Shown: piece by piece, positions 11,500 to 24,200 of the stretch
Position numbering within the stretch: the stretch's first letter is position 1
Layout of the letters: each line of letters opens with the position of its first letter
Origin: Sphaerodactylus townsendi
Lineage: Eukaryota
Assembly (NCBI RefSeq): GCF_021028975.2
Contig: NC_059429.1
Span: 77,066,001-77,130,000, forward strand
Direction of reading: 5' to 3'
DNA: 64,000 nt
Made by a program: the position numbers and the translations under genes
Notes under the pieces: model-generated
What the model saw: only the letters and a program-made list of their open reading frames with translations
Databases searched by the model: none
What the model was told of the DNA's origin: nothing

Positions 11500-11712
11500 T
11501 AGGGTTGCCAACTCTGGTTTGAGAAATTTGTGAAGATTTGGGATCAGTGCCTGGGGAAGGGGGAGTTTGGGGAGGAAAGAGAGATCATCCCAGATATGAT
11601 ACCATGAAGTTTGCCCTCTGAAGGATCCATTTTCCCCAGAGAAAGTTATCTTTGTAGCCTGGAGCTTAATTCGAGGAGAATGCCAGGCTCTGCCTGGCAG
11701 TTGGTAATCCTA
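11500..11712. mobile_element. hAT (Blackjack-like) MITE
   Basis: TIR TAGGGTTGCCAAC...GTTGGTAATCCTA; a related degenerate body lies at ~35110-35337. Confidence 0.6.
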
Positions 11713-12364
11713 TGAAAATAAACTGAGTTTCATGTGTTTTAAATCCTGCCATGTAGGGTGTTTTGTTTTGTTTTTTTGGCATCAAACTACAAACTATAAA
11801 ACAATTGCATGACTAGAACACATTCTAGGGATACAATGTAGGCATTCCAGACCCAAATGCCTTGCCCCAGATTGCACAATAAAAATTTACTGGCAATGTA
11901 AGTCCTAATAGTAGATGGGAATATTGGACTGTATTTCTGCAATATAAATTTATTGTCCAATTTTCTGTCAGTTTGTAGGTATCAAATTAGTACACAACTC
12001 TCTTTGGCTTTATCTTGTTAATACTTGGCCATAATGCAATCAGTCCATTACTAAAATCCCAGTTTAAAGGCCATCTGATATCTGCCTAACTTGTTTTGGT
12101 AAAAAGGGCATCTGAATTTGCAGAAGTACTTAATGAGTCAAACTACATTTGTTGGAAACTTTATCGTAGTGAATAAACAAAGGATTAAGCAAGATCACTC
12201 ATATTGTAGGTCACCTTTCCTGCCTTGTACCATAGTATAATGTTGCATAGCAAAAATTCCATTAGCTGCCATCTTTCCTTCCATACTCCTTCCATACATA
12301 TAGAGCACATGTGATTAGATGCGGGGGGCTTAAAGCTGCTAATGTCATTTGTGTGGCATTTTAA

Positions 12365-12520
12365 AATTTGTAAAGTGTTTTAGAATCTTTATTACGCTCA
12401 CATTCACAACAGTCCTGTGAGGAATATAATTAGTATTCCCATTCTGCAGACTGAAATTTGAGGCCAGGTGATCATGACATATCCAAAGAGCCTGATTGGA
12501 CTTGCATCTAGGCTTCTCCA
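12365..12520 (-). mobile_element. ancient MIR/CORE-like SINE fragment
   Basis: cacaacagtcctgtgagg...attcccattctgcagactgaaatttgaggcc resembles the CORE domain in reverse orientation. Confidence 0.45.
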
Positions 12521-13299
12521 TATAGCCCTTCATGAGGTGACTTGTTGGTTCCTGGGGCACTCCACTATTAGAAGCCTAAAAGTATACTTCAGAATTCTGT
12601 TTGCTGAAAGCAAGCTAGCATCGAAAGCAGTTTCTGGTCTCTGAAAATCAGACTGGAATTTGTTAAGCCCAAATAAAACATGGTTTGGAGTACCCCTTTC
12701 AGGCCCTGGTTTTGTATCTTTCTCTTTTTTTGTTTGGTTTTTGTAGCCACAGAACTGCTGCAGAGCTTGGATAAGAAACTTCTGTGCAGTTGCTGTGGGG
12801 AAAGAGACTTGGGTTGGGGAAACCAGTACCTGATTCATGCCCAGATGTGTAATTTGGTTCTCTGCCTCCAGTCAGTGATGACTAAAAATTATTACACAAG
12901 AAGACAAAAACTAGGTATTTACACAATTTATGATAAAATACAGGAAAATAATTTATGTTAGTACAGATAGCAATAAAGGACATTACAGGGAAACATTCCA
13001 TATTGTACCAACAGTTCACATTCAATCTATGTAATTCTAGGCTTCTGTCCACATTGAAAGCAGTGTTCTTCATAGACATAAAATAAGTAGTTCAAATATT
13101 GTGTTACAGAACAATAAAACCCTTGGCACTTTTATATCTGTCTCTTCTTTGCATACATAGCTAGCCATAGCTTCAGAGCAATGCTGATTATTCAGACTTC
13201 ACTAGTGGAAATCAGGAACCCTCTCTCACTTAATCAAGAAGTCTTTCCACATGTTTTCAGAACCTTGGAAGAGATTGAATACTGGCTGATTCTACTTTC

Positions 13300-13522
13300 A
13301 ATACCCCTGATCTGGATGGCCCAGGCCAACATGATCTCATCAGATGTTGAAAGCTTGAGCTGGGTCAGCCCAAGGTAATATTTGGATGGGAAACTACCAA
13401 GGAAGTCTAGTGTTATTATGTGAAGGCAGGCAATAGCAAACCACATCTTAATGTCATTTGCCTTAAAAACCCTACAGGGTCACCCTAAGTCAGGTGCAAC
13501 TTGAAGTCACTTTGCAACATCA
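13300..13522 (+). mobile_element. 5S rRNA-derived SINE with RTE/BovB-like tail
   Basis: 5S-like head (gatctcatcagatgttgaaagcttgagctgggtcagccc...tatttggatgggaaactaccaaggaa) followed by ggcaatagcaaaccac...ttgccttaaaaaccc...aagtcaggtgcaacttgaagtcac. Confidence 0.7.
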
Positions 13523-13932
13523 CTAATTTCAGTCAGCGGCAGGTGTAATTGACCACACTGAACAGTAGCAAACTAGAATAAAGTTATGATACTTCTCCAA
13601 AGACCATTGAGTTCTCCCTGGAATTCTTTAGCAAATATGGAAATATGCTTCAGAGACTGAAAAGGGCCAACACCCCACAGTCTGAAGAGGACCCTTTCAG
13701 ACTTAGCCACATGTGTTAGTAGGATGGGTTTGAAATCAAAATATCTTGGCTGCCTAAAAAAAACATCTTTGCAAGGCATTCCACAGTGTTGCTTCCCTGG
13801 AATGATCTGTAAGGTCCTCTTACACTGCCCAGTCAGCTGGAAGCTAAATTGTGACTGTGGTTCTGCACTGCTTTTAATGTTATATTCCTACTTAAATTCA
13901 GCAAAGTCCCCAGTCCCCACACCAAAAGATCT

Positions 13933-14246
13933 GGAGCAGCAGTGGCGTAGTGGCGTAGTGGCTAAGAGCAGTAGTGAAGAGCAGGTGCACTCTGATCCGG
14001 AGGAACCGGGTTTGATTCCCAGCTCTGCCACTTGAGTTGTGGAAGCTTATCTGGGGAATTCAGATTAGCCTGTGTGCTCCCACACATGCCAGCTGGGTGA
14101 CCTTGGGCTAGTCACAGCTTCTCGGAGCTCTCTCAGCCCCACCTACCTCACAGGGTGTTTGTTGTGAGGGGGGAAGGGCAAGGAGATTGTAAGCCCCTTT
14201 ACAGGAGAGAAAGGGGGATATAAATCCAAACTCTTCTTCTTCTTCT
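13933..14246 (+). mobile_element. Squam3-type SINE (duplicated A-box head)
   Basis: GGAGCAGCAGTGGCGTAGTGGCGTAGTGG head, (TCT)n tail. Confidence 0.85.
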
Positions 14247-15106
14247 AAGTTACGTTTACCCAAAAGTAAGTCCTTTGTAGTTCAATGGGATTTAGTTGTT
14301 TCTTCCTTACCACCAGCAGCTCTGTGATTTAATAATTTTCTAAGTCAATTTCAAGTAGCTTCAAGAATACATTTGTTTTTACTTTTTAAATGTGATCTGC
14401 CCAATTTCACTTTGCTAGCTGTCTGATGTCTCTCCCAGGCGTGCATCACCATTGCTCTTGCATGGTCAACAGCCACAGTTGCCCAACTTTGCACTCCCCT
14501 CTAGCTCCAGCTACCTTCTGTGCCCCCCCATGCCACCTCCTTCTTAAGTCCCATTACCTTCTTCTTTCTCAAAGGTTGTTTTGTCACTTGTGTTAAGCCC
14601 TGGAGGCACAGCACAAAATGAGGGAGGAAGGTTAGCATGCAGGAGGACCATTCCTTTAGCAGTACAAATGAGGATGAACAGCTGAGGCTGCTGCTATAGC
14701 CCATGGGGTCCTGTTGCTAGGGGAGGGGGGGAGGAAGGAAAATCAAGCAGCAGCTGTTTTCCTTTTCCTCCTCCACTGGTACCCTTATTCACTCCTTTCC
14801 CTTGCCTCCACCACTGTTGCAACCCTGTCTGAGGAAGGGTGGCAATGCATTCCAGGACTTTGTGCACAATTATATTCATTTTTAAAGACAGACTTTGTGC
14901 ATAATTGACAGACTTGCATGTAGGCACTGAAACAATGAATTACTGACTTCCTACACAGCCATAATCCTATGTAAGTCAATGGACAAAGCTTGTGTAAATG
15001 GGAATGTCAATGCCTTTACAAGGGTTAAAGACAGATGTGTGTAGTTAAGTGATGTACATTATGTGGATTCTGGGGTAGGAAGGGCCAGAAGACTCTTGCC
15101 TTTTTA

Positions 15107-15226
15107 TTAAAAGTCCATGTTCTTGAAATCAACAGAACATCGGTATCGGCCATCAATGAATTTGGAGCATATATAATTTGGCAAGCATGGACAGGTATGA
15201 TGTTGTCGTTTTCCAAAGAAAGGAAC
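15107..15226 (-). CDS. PROK1: PROK1 exon 3
   Basis: 120 nt including TAA; AAG acceptor. Confidence 0.96.
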   Translation of the reverse strand, partial: VPFFGKRQHHTCPCLPNYICSKFIDGRYRCSVDFKNMDF

Positions 15227-18200
15227 CTTTAAGAGAAAACAGAAACACAGAAAACATTAACAATATACATAATTTGCAATCAAGGGGGAAAGAACATGGA
15301 ATAAGGAAAGGAGTATAGATAAAATCGCCATTAGGTTTAATGGCTGAATCTTGACACCCCTGTCTGTGTGATCTGAAACTACACAATGACTATAAAATGT
15401 TACAGCCCACAGACTCATCTGGGGATGCCATGTGCACCTTCTCTTGAAAGTGGAAGAGCCCAGCAAAGGATCCAGAGTTTGGGGGAGGGGAATTTTAGAT
15501 AAAAGAGGCTGACCCAAAAGATTCCTGCCCAAGCTGCGCATCTTGAGGTTTAGACAAACTTGTATTTCTAAAAGAGGCAGTCCTGTCAAGATCAGCTCTG
15601 GAATCACTGCTCTTGAATGTTTCCATGAAGGTTTTTGGGGTCAAAGGGGGGAGTGAAACTCTTAGCGATGCTGTTGGAGGATTTTGTTTGTTTGTTTACA
15701 TTATTTATAGTTTGTCTTTCTCAAAGGGACTCAAGGCAGATGACACATAGTGAATCAGTACAATCAACAATCTAAAAGATGAGTGTCAGATGGGTGTGTG
15801 TGCAATTTCTCCACTTGTTCCGGGTGCCATTTTCTGTAGATATACTCCTGGAAACATTTGAAATTTTCCTCTAGCCAAAGCAGCCATTCTCCAACTTTCT
15901 TTGACAGGAAGAACTGGAACTAGAGCAGTTGTAACTGGCTAGTGTTGCAGCCGAGAAAGGGAAAAAAACATTTACAAATACCTTGTGACTAATGGGGTGG
16001 CATTCATCTCCCTCTTGCCCTAAAGGAGTGCACATCCGCAGTCCACGGAGCCATAAGCTGATGGCGCAGCATGTCCCACCTCCACACTGGAGATCCCTCT
16101 CACAGGCCTAGAAGGAAACACCACAGCAGTATCAATTAGCCAATTTTTAAAAGACAGTAAGAAAGGGAGATAAAATGGAGGGGAAGCAGATGAAGATGAA
16201 ATGTTATTTACTTATTAAAATATTGACATCCTGCCTTTCTATAATCTGTATCCAAAACAACTTATAAAAAATTACAATTACAATATATATGATAAAGTTA
16301 GAATTTAAGGCAGCTTGTTGACAGCAAAACCAAATACTAAGAATAAAACATTTTAATAATAAAACCATTATTAGCAACAATATTAATAATCCATGTACAC
16401 AGTAATAAACTAAAATAACTCACTTATTAAGCTCTCAGTTGTTAAAATACTCAGATGTGAAAGCTGCTTGGAATAAAAAAAAGTCTTGGCTAGGCGATAG
16501 AAGGCAATCAGCGAGGGAGCAAACCAAGCTTCTCTTGGGAGGGCATTCAGGAGTCTAGGTGCAGCCACCAAAAAGGCTCTCTCTTGAGTCCCTACCAAAC
16601 ATACAGGTGGGATGGAGAGGAGACTCTCCTCAGATGACCTTACAAAACAGGCAGGTTTGCATAAAAATAGGCGGTCCTTCAGATTACCCACCTCAATGCC
16701 ACAAAGAGCTTTGTAAGTCATAACCAGCACTTTGAATTGAGTTCGGGAGCTCTGTGAAAGTCACTGTAGCTGTGGCAATAACGGGGCCATGTGGTTCCTG
16801 TAACTAGCTCATGTTAGGCTGCAGTTTGTCTCAGTTGAAACTTCCAAACACTTTTCAGAGGCAGCCTCATGTAGGGCACAATACAATAGTCACCAAAAGA
16901 TCTAATCTAATTTTAATCTAGTTATTTTACATCTCATGTAGTATAGTAGCTATGCATTAGGATCTCTGATATGCAAGGGAGCCTTCACATTTTATAGCTA
17001 AAGTCAAGTCGACCTAAACCTTCCTCCCCCTGCAGCACTGTTCTAAGCCCTAAAGGGCTCTGCTTTTTTTTCCCCTAAATAGCCATTCCCCACAGCTGCT
17101 GGAACCCAAGTCAGGTACAAGGAACCTGGACCCAAGTTTTTTTTAAAAGTGAACATGTGATTTCTCTAATTGACTCCAATGATAAACAACAATGATAAAT
17201 AATGATAAACCTTTAGACAATTATAACATATACAACAGCCGATTTACTTTATAGCTTGGCTGAATAATGAGATATGTTTATGGAATTTTATAGTGCTGTG
17301 AACAGCTTGGGAACTTTTTTTTCAACAGTGAGGAGGAGTTTATAAGTAAAATTAAGAAAATATATGGGACGAAAAAAGCAGCAAGTTTCTGATTGACTTA
17401 GTAATGCAGAGCACAATGTACAAAAACCATACAATGAGCATTAGGTACCCTGCAGGATTTTTACTATCTTAAAACCTGTGCCATCTCTGCCGGTCTACTG
17501 CATATATCAAGCCACTTCTGTAATCCAGAGGAGTTTATAGGTGAGTTTGTAGGTGCTATTAGGAGACTATTCTTCAAGGAAAAACCCCCAAAAGCTGCAC
17601 TTTGAGAAGCTATGGTGTACACAAGAGCTTATGTGTCCCTGAAGAGGTTCATTATTGACTTTTTGAAAGCTGTGTTGGTCCTCAGTAAAGTAATTTATGG
17701 AAGCAAAAGTAGAGTTAAGCCATTTGAGATGGATTAAGTGATGCCAGAGAGTATAATGTTTGAAAAATAAATGCAAAAAATAAGGAGAATCCTGGCTGTA
17801 GTCTGTCTTATGGTAGGATATTGGTACATAATCCTTCTATTCATCATGATTGCTGGACTGCTGGAGATGTTTGATGGAACTTAATTTTTCTATAGAAGAC
17901 TGTGGTGTTATGCAAATAGCTTTAGTCAATTATGATATGAAGTTAGAGGTGCTTTAGTCAATTATAATATGAAGTTGGGGCGCTTCCACACTACCCAGCC
18001 AGTCTAGAAATATATAAAACACCCATTACTGATCCTTAGGTCCAATCCAATAATTCTTTTGTTACAAATTTCAAAGGAAGTTCCTATTCCACAAACTGGA
18101 AAAAGGAAACCAGTGCTGATCAAATACATCCTGCATGTATGTCTTCTTAAATGATCTTGATTCAGCACTGAAGTTTTATCCATGAGTATAACAAAGCAGT

Positions 18201-21200
18201 TTCTGAGCTGTATCTTCATTTTTTGGTAGAATAACAGACCCAGATTCAAATTACCAGTCCATAGTGGAAGTGTGCTGGGTGACCTGAGACATATTATTTA
18301 CCCAGGAAGGAAGGAGATGTAATCCACTGGCAAAGCAGCTCCTTGCTAGAAAGAAGGGGCTGCTGCTTTCTCCTTCTGTTGCTATGTTCTGTGCATAATC
18401 TACTTTAGCAGTTTGGACAGGAGGGGTAGCAGGGCAGGTGAATGCACAACTCTGTTTCATACATAGCATTGTTCACCATATTATTGACAATACTAAAATT
18501 GATAATTAAAAAAGACTGATTTAGATTTAGTTTAATTAACAATACTAAGGGGTGCAAACATTGAATTTCTAAGAAACTAGAATTAGCAGTGTGAACTTGC
18601 AAGAGAATATCCTCCTGGGGAGCATCGTCAGGGACAGAACCAGTAAATGCACTATGCACCCACTACATAAGGAAGAAGGGGGCACCCATTGTATGTCCAG
18701 AGCAGGAACAGGCTAATTGCATAAGGTTTCTTAACTTCACTGGATTATCAGATTGACTAAGAAGGTCAATCTGGCAGCCATTGATAAACTAAATGCTACC
18801 AAATCCCCTGGCCCAGATTGCATTCACCCAAGAGTTCTTAAAGAGCTCAAGCATGAAATTGCTGATCTTCTCACTTTAATATGCAACTTATCCCTGAAAT
18901 CAGGCTCCATCCCTGAAGACTGGAAGATGGCCAATGTCACACCAATCTTTAACAAAGGATCTAGGGGGGACCCAGGAAATTACAGGCTAGTCAGTTTGAC
19001 ATCTGCTCCTGGTAAATTAATAGAATCTATCATTAAAGATAAAATTATAAAACATGTAGAAAAGCAAGACCTGCTGAGGAAAAGTCAGCATGGCTTTTGA
19101 AGAGGCAAATCCTGCCTTACAAACTTACTAGAGTTCCTTGAGGGTGTAAACAGGCATGTGGATTAGGGGGAACCAGTGGACATTGTCTTTTGACAAAGGC
19201 TTTTGACAAAGGCTTTTGACAAAGTTCCTCACCAGAGACTGTTGAGAAAACTCAAGGAATAAGAGGGGACGTCCTCCTATGGATTCAAAACAGGAAGCAA
19301 AGGATGGGTGTAAATGGGAAGTTCTCACAATGGAGAGATGTTGGGAGTGGTGTCCCCCAAAGATCTGTTTTGGAACCAGTGCTCTTTAACCTATTCATAA
19401 ATGACCTGAAAGTAGGGGTGGGTAGCGTGGTGGCCAAGTTTGCGGATGATACCACATTATGTAGGGTGGTGAGAACCACAAAAGATTGCGAAGAGCTCCA
19501 AGCAGACCTTGATAAATTAGGCGAGTGGGCTAAGAAATGACAAATGCAATTCAGTGTAGCAAAATGTAAAGAGATGCACATAGGGGCAAAAAAATCCAAA
19601 CTTCACATACACGCTACAGGGGTCAGTGCTATCAGTCACAGACCAGGAAAGGGATTTGGGCGTCTTAGTTGATAGTTCCATGGAAATGTCAACTCAATGC
19701 ATGGCAGCTGTGAAAAAGGCAAACTCTATGCTGGGGATGATTAGGAAAGGAATTGATAATAAAACTGCAAAGATTGCCATGCCCTTATTTAAAGCAGGGG
19801 TGCGACCACACTTGGAGTACTGTGTTCAGTTCTGGTCACCACATCTCAAAAAGGATATCGAAGAGATAGAAGAAGTGCAGAGAGCATCTGCTTTGTCTGC
19901 CAAAGTCCCAGTTCCAATCCCTGGCATCTCCAGTTATGAGGATCAAATACCAGATGACATGGCAGACATTTACCTGAGGCCCTGGAGAGCCACTGCCAGA
20001 ATAGACAGTCTTGGCCATGATAGACCAACTAAAGCAGCTAAATGTGTCCAAGTAAGTGTACCAGTGGGAAAATGTCCTGGCTTTAGTTCTGCTTTTGGAG
20101 TAAAATAGAGTTCCAGCCTTTTCTCTTCTCACCCCAATGACAGCACATACAGCAGCAGATTAGTAAGGCTGAGCTCTCCTCTTCCCCTTTCTGCCTTCTC
20201 AGTGGCCTCTTCTGCATCGGGCCATGCGATGGGGTGCTGTCTGGTGCATACAACGCCGACTTCATTCCTCGGGACCGCTACAGCATCTGAAGCGGGTCCC
20301 GGTAGGGGCAGGGAAGACGACGCAGCGCTGCACCATCACCCCAACGACGTACCTTCCCTGCAACCTTCTGGCGCGTCGCCCAGGCAGGGGACACGCCCCC
20401 CCTGCCCTGCGCGACCGCTCTGGAGTCGCAGGACAGGGGTGTGTGTCCCCAGGCCTGGGCGATGTGCCAGAAGGTCGCAGGGAAGGTACGTCGTTCGGGA
20501 AAGGGGAGGTCTGCTTGGAGCTCTTCGCTGTTTCCAGAAAACCTCACTCAGGGAACGAGGTTGGGAAACAGCGGCTTCGCACCGCTGGGGGGGAGCGAGG
20601 GCAGTGCTGCTGCAATGCAGCTGCGCCCCCCATGCGAACAGCTCCCTAGGGACGGCGTTTTTATCGTCCCTAGGGCGCTGTTATTGGCCCGTGTGGAAAG
20701 GGCCAGTATGTCTAGAAGACACTGCATGGATGGTAGGCTGAACTGCTGAGAATTTGAAGGGAACAGTCTGAGGGTGGTGGTTGGGTTTTTGCAAGAAAAC
20801 TGATGGGAAGAAGAAGCGAACAGAAAGGGGGGACCCTTTAATGCTTCTCTCATTTCCACAATGTGAAGAACATTTATGCTGCAAAAAGTGGGAACTTTTC
20901 AGCATCGGACCCAGTGGTGGGATTCAGCAGCTTTGCACCACTTCAGCAGAATCAGTTGTTAAAATGGTGCTTGTGAACAACCAGTTGTTAAATTATTTGA
21001 ATCCCACCACTGATTGGACCTGATTGTGATGGGGCACTCCAGAATGCTATTAGTCGGTTCTTAACTAAAACTTGATGTGCCAGGTTCAAGCTAAACCCGA
21101 GAATGTATTTGGTCACACTAAACTTCATTATCTGTTCTTCAATGCCTTGTTGGCCAGCTTGGTCACTTCTGATCTTTGCTCACGGCACACGACAAGCGGA

Positions 21201-24200
21201 CAAGAGTAGACTACTCTGTAAGGGCATGGTGGATAGTGCTATTGACCAGTGACTTGGGTGAGATATGGGAGGATTGCTTCCAACTATAATTTTTTATTAT
21301 TGTAATTTCTTTTGTTAGTACTTGACAGTAGTAGTACTAACATGGGTTAATCTTTTTAAAATATCTACTTACACTATCATACAAAAAATGACTGACTCAC
21401 GAGCTACAGCTGTCATGATTTAAATAGATAAAAGTCAGGACGAATATATAATAATGCAGTTTCCTGCATCTGTTAAAACTGAAACAGTTTAAATTAAGTA
21501 AAGACAAGGGGAACATAAGCATCAGCCTTATTCAGGAAAATGCTAAACAAATACAAATCAAATTCTGCCAAGTCTATTCATGAGTTCTTATGTTGAAACC
21601 ATTAGAAGTATTTAGGGAACAGGAAATAATCTATCAAGAATGAAGCTATCAGCACTTAGTTATTAGAATTCAAAGTCTGACAGTTCCTTCCTTATTAAGT
21701 TTGTTATTTTGTTTGAGGAGGGGGCACAATGTTGAATTGTTGCTGATATAGTTGTACTTGATGATGGAGATGTGCAAATAAATCCATTTTAATTTTTCCC
21801 TGTTTTTCTTTTTAAATATACTCATTTGGTTTCATTATATTTCTTATTAAAGCTATTGTTTTAGCTATTTAACTGATATTTGTTTCTCTTGGTTTCAATG
21901 GGAAACATATTTCCACCGGTAATCCCCCATTCATCCCAACAGGGCTGAACTTCTAAGGCATTGTATCTCTCATACAAAAAATATACTCTCTGACACATTT
22001 CAGACTGATAAGCAGTCCTGTTTTATAGGCACAGTTGACTAAGGGGGCACTTGGTGATCCAATAAAGCAAGTAGCATATGTGTTGTGTGTGGGTCGTGCA
22101 ATCAAGTTGTTTCTGACTTGTGGCAACCTTATGAATGAATGACCTCCAAAACATCCTAGCATTCAAAGCTTTGTTCAGGATTTGCAAACTGCAGCTCATG
22201 ACTTCCCTTTTTGAGCAGGGCATAGCAGGCTCAAATAAAATACAAATAATAACTAAACTGCTATCAGGCAGGTACCACATTAGGTAGAAAGTTGGGATCA
22301 TCTCTCTACTGAATACACATGGAATGGAATCAGACGAGGACATGATTTGCAGGACAATCACACAGCACTTCTTCTTGCTCTGTGACATCACCGGGCAAGG
22401 ATTCCCTCCCTTCCTTCAGGATGAAAGTACACATTATGAGATACTTGGATATGTAAATCTTTTTTTAAAAAAATGAATGGGACTACAACCACTGAACCGC
22501 TGCAGCTTCTCTTTATGTTCTGAATGCATGGACAACAAATGTTTCCTGGCATCTAGGGGAGAGGCAAGTGCAATATTTACCTCATTCTCTTCCCCACTGG
22601 GGATGCAAACAAAATGTCTGTCTTTGTCTGTATGACTTGATATTTCTGGAGCTGACAGCTGGTGGGAGATGCCTGAAGAGGGTCGAAGCAAAGTTTTAAG
22701 TGAAGAATCCTTCCAAAGTACTATCTGTTGATTCTGAAGCTGGACTTCATTATATAAACAGAAAAATTAAACCCCTTTTTATCCTATAATACTTTGCACA
22801 ATTATAGCATTTCAAAAGTCGCCATCATAAACAAAGATCATCTGTAGGTAAGGGTTTAAGTCTCACTCTAAAATGAATCACATATGTGTGATCTCAACTT
22901 TGTTTTAAACATATGTATTAGGACCTAAATCTCATCCAGTTCAAAGGGATTTACAGATAAATATGTATAAGACTGCAGACTCCATTTATTATATTTTTAG
23001 CATTTAGGATTACTGCATCAACCTGGCACATTAACAAGTAACATTGTAAGCAACCATCAAACCAAGGAGCCATCAGCTCCAGTCAAAGAATTTCATTTAC
23101 AAGACAGAACAGCCTTATTGCAGTTAGTTGGCATATGCAAACTGTTTTAAGCAATCTGCTCATGTGAATCATGTACTATGTAATCCATGAACTCATAGAA
23201 GGTCTCTGGAGCTTTCCCCATGGTCAGATTTTTCATGTCCCAGAAGCAGCTGCTATGATCTTCTGTGAGTTGGCAAATCAGGCATTAATTGGCATGTGGA
23301 AGAACATACTGCAAATCTTTAAAAATGTAACATCTGCCCCAGCTTGGAGCTGAGTTCATCTCATCAGTTTATCATTCTAGACAATCTCATGTGAAAAATA
23401 AATCTAATAAATAGCCCCTGGTATTCTCTCCATTGTGGTAGGTTGGAGTTCCAGGCTGTTAATGGACGTTATCAGAGTCTGGTGCTGGATCTTGTTCAGA
23501 GGTATATCACAGAGGGAAGTCACAGTGTGTAACAGACTTCTCTCTGTGATACACCTCTGAAGATGCCAGCCACAGATGCAGGCGAAACGTTAGGAACAAG
23601 ATCCACCAGACCTCGCCACAGCCTGGAAACCCACTAGAACGTTTCACCTGCATCACCAACTGACAGCATCTTCAAGTATATCACAGAAGTCACAGTGTGT
23701 AACAGACTTCTCTCTGTGATACACCTCTGAAAGATACCAACAAATCACAGCGATCAAGGAGACAAAAGATCCTGAACCTCGGCTCCACACAACCTCAAAC
23801 TCCTAGAGGCTGAATTGAATCCGGCTGTGAAAGCCTTCGACAAATCTAATAAAGCTAGAAATTTCTTGCCCTGAGGGAGGTGTATGTCATTAAGAAGATG
23901 TTTAAGTGAAATTGGGAAAAAATAATCACTTGAATTGGAAATAAAGCAATTTTTACTGTAGAATGTTATCAGCACAGCTAGGTTCTCAACCTTTATTTTT
24001 AAAAGGAAAAATTAAAATATTATTCGATCTGCTTATCCATACAAACACTTGAATTCTTATATAACTCGAAGATTACATTTTGATTTTTTTCCTGAATCCA
24101 AAGGTATCAGAAAGATTCTTTGGAATAAATTCAAGCAAAGTTTTTCCGTAGGTCCAGGACCTGCTTTGTCAAAAACTCAGAACAGCACAAGCCTTGCAAG

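Noticed and set aside
13310-13410. 5S rRNA gene
   Set aside because: Heavily degenerate, lacks the 5' end and T-run terminator, and is fused to a retroposon tail: a SINE.
20202-20859. Cluster of long overlapping ORFs (also 2406-3014, 49415-50103, 56178-56804)
   Set aside because: By-products of GC-rich MITE sequence depleted in stop codons; no protein motifs.
22330-22672. Exon-like minus-strand segments (..[10 protein letters not shown]; ..[10 protein letters not shown]) resembling a diverged prokineticin
   Set aside because: The true PROK1 exons 2 and 3 are at 16107-15982 and 15226-15107; the Cys pattern and phases do not fit.
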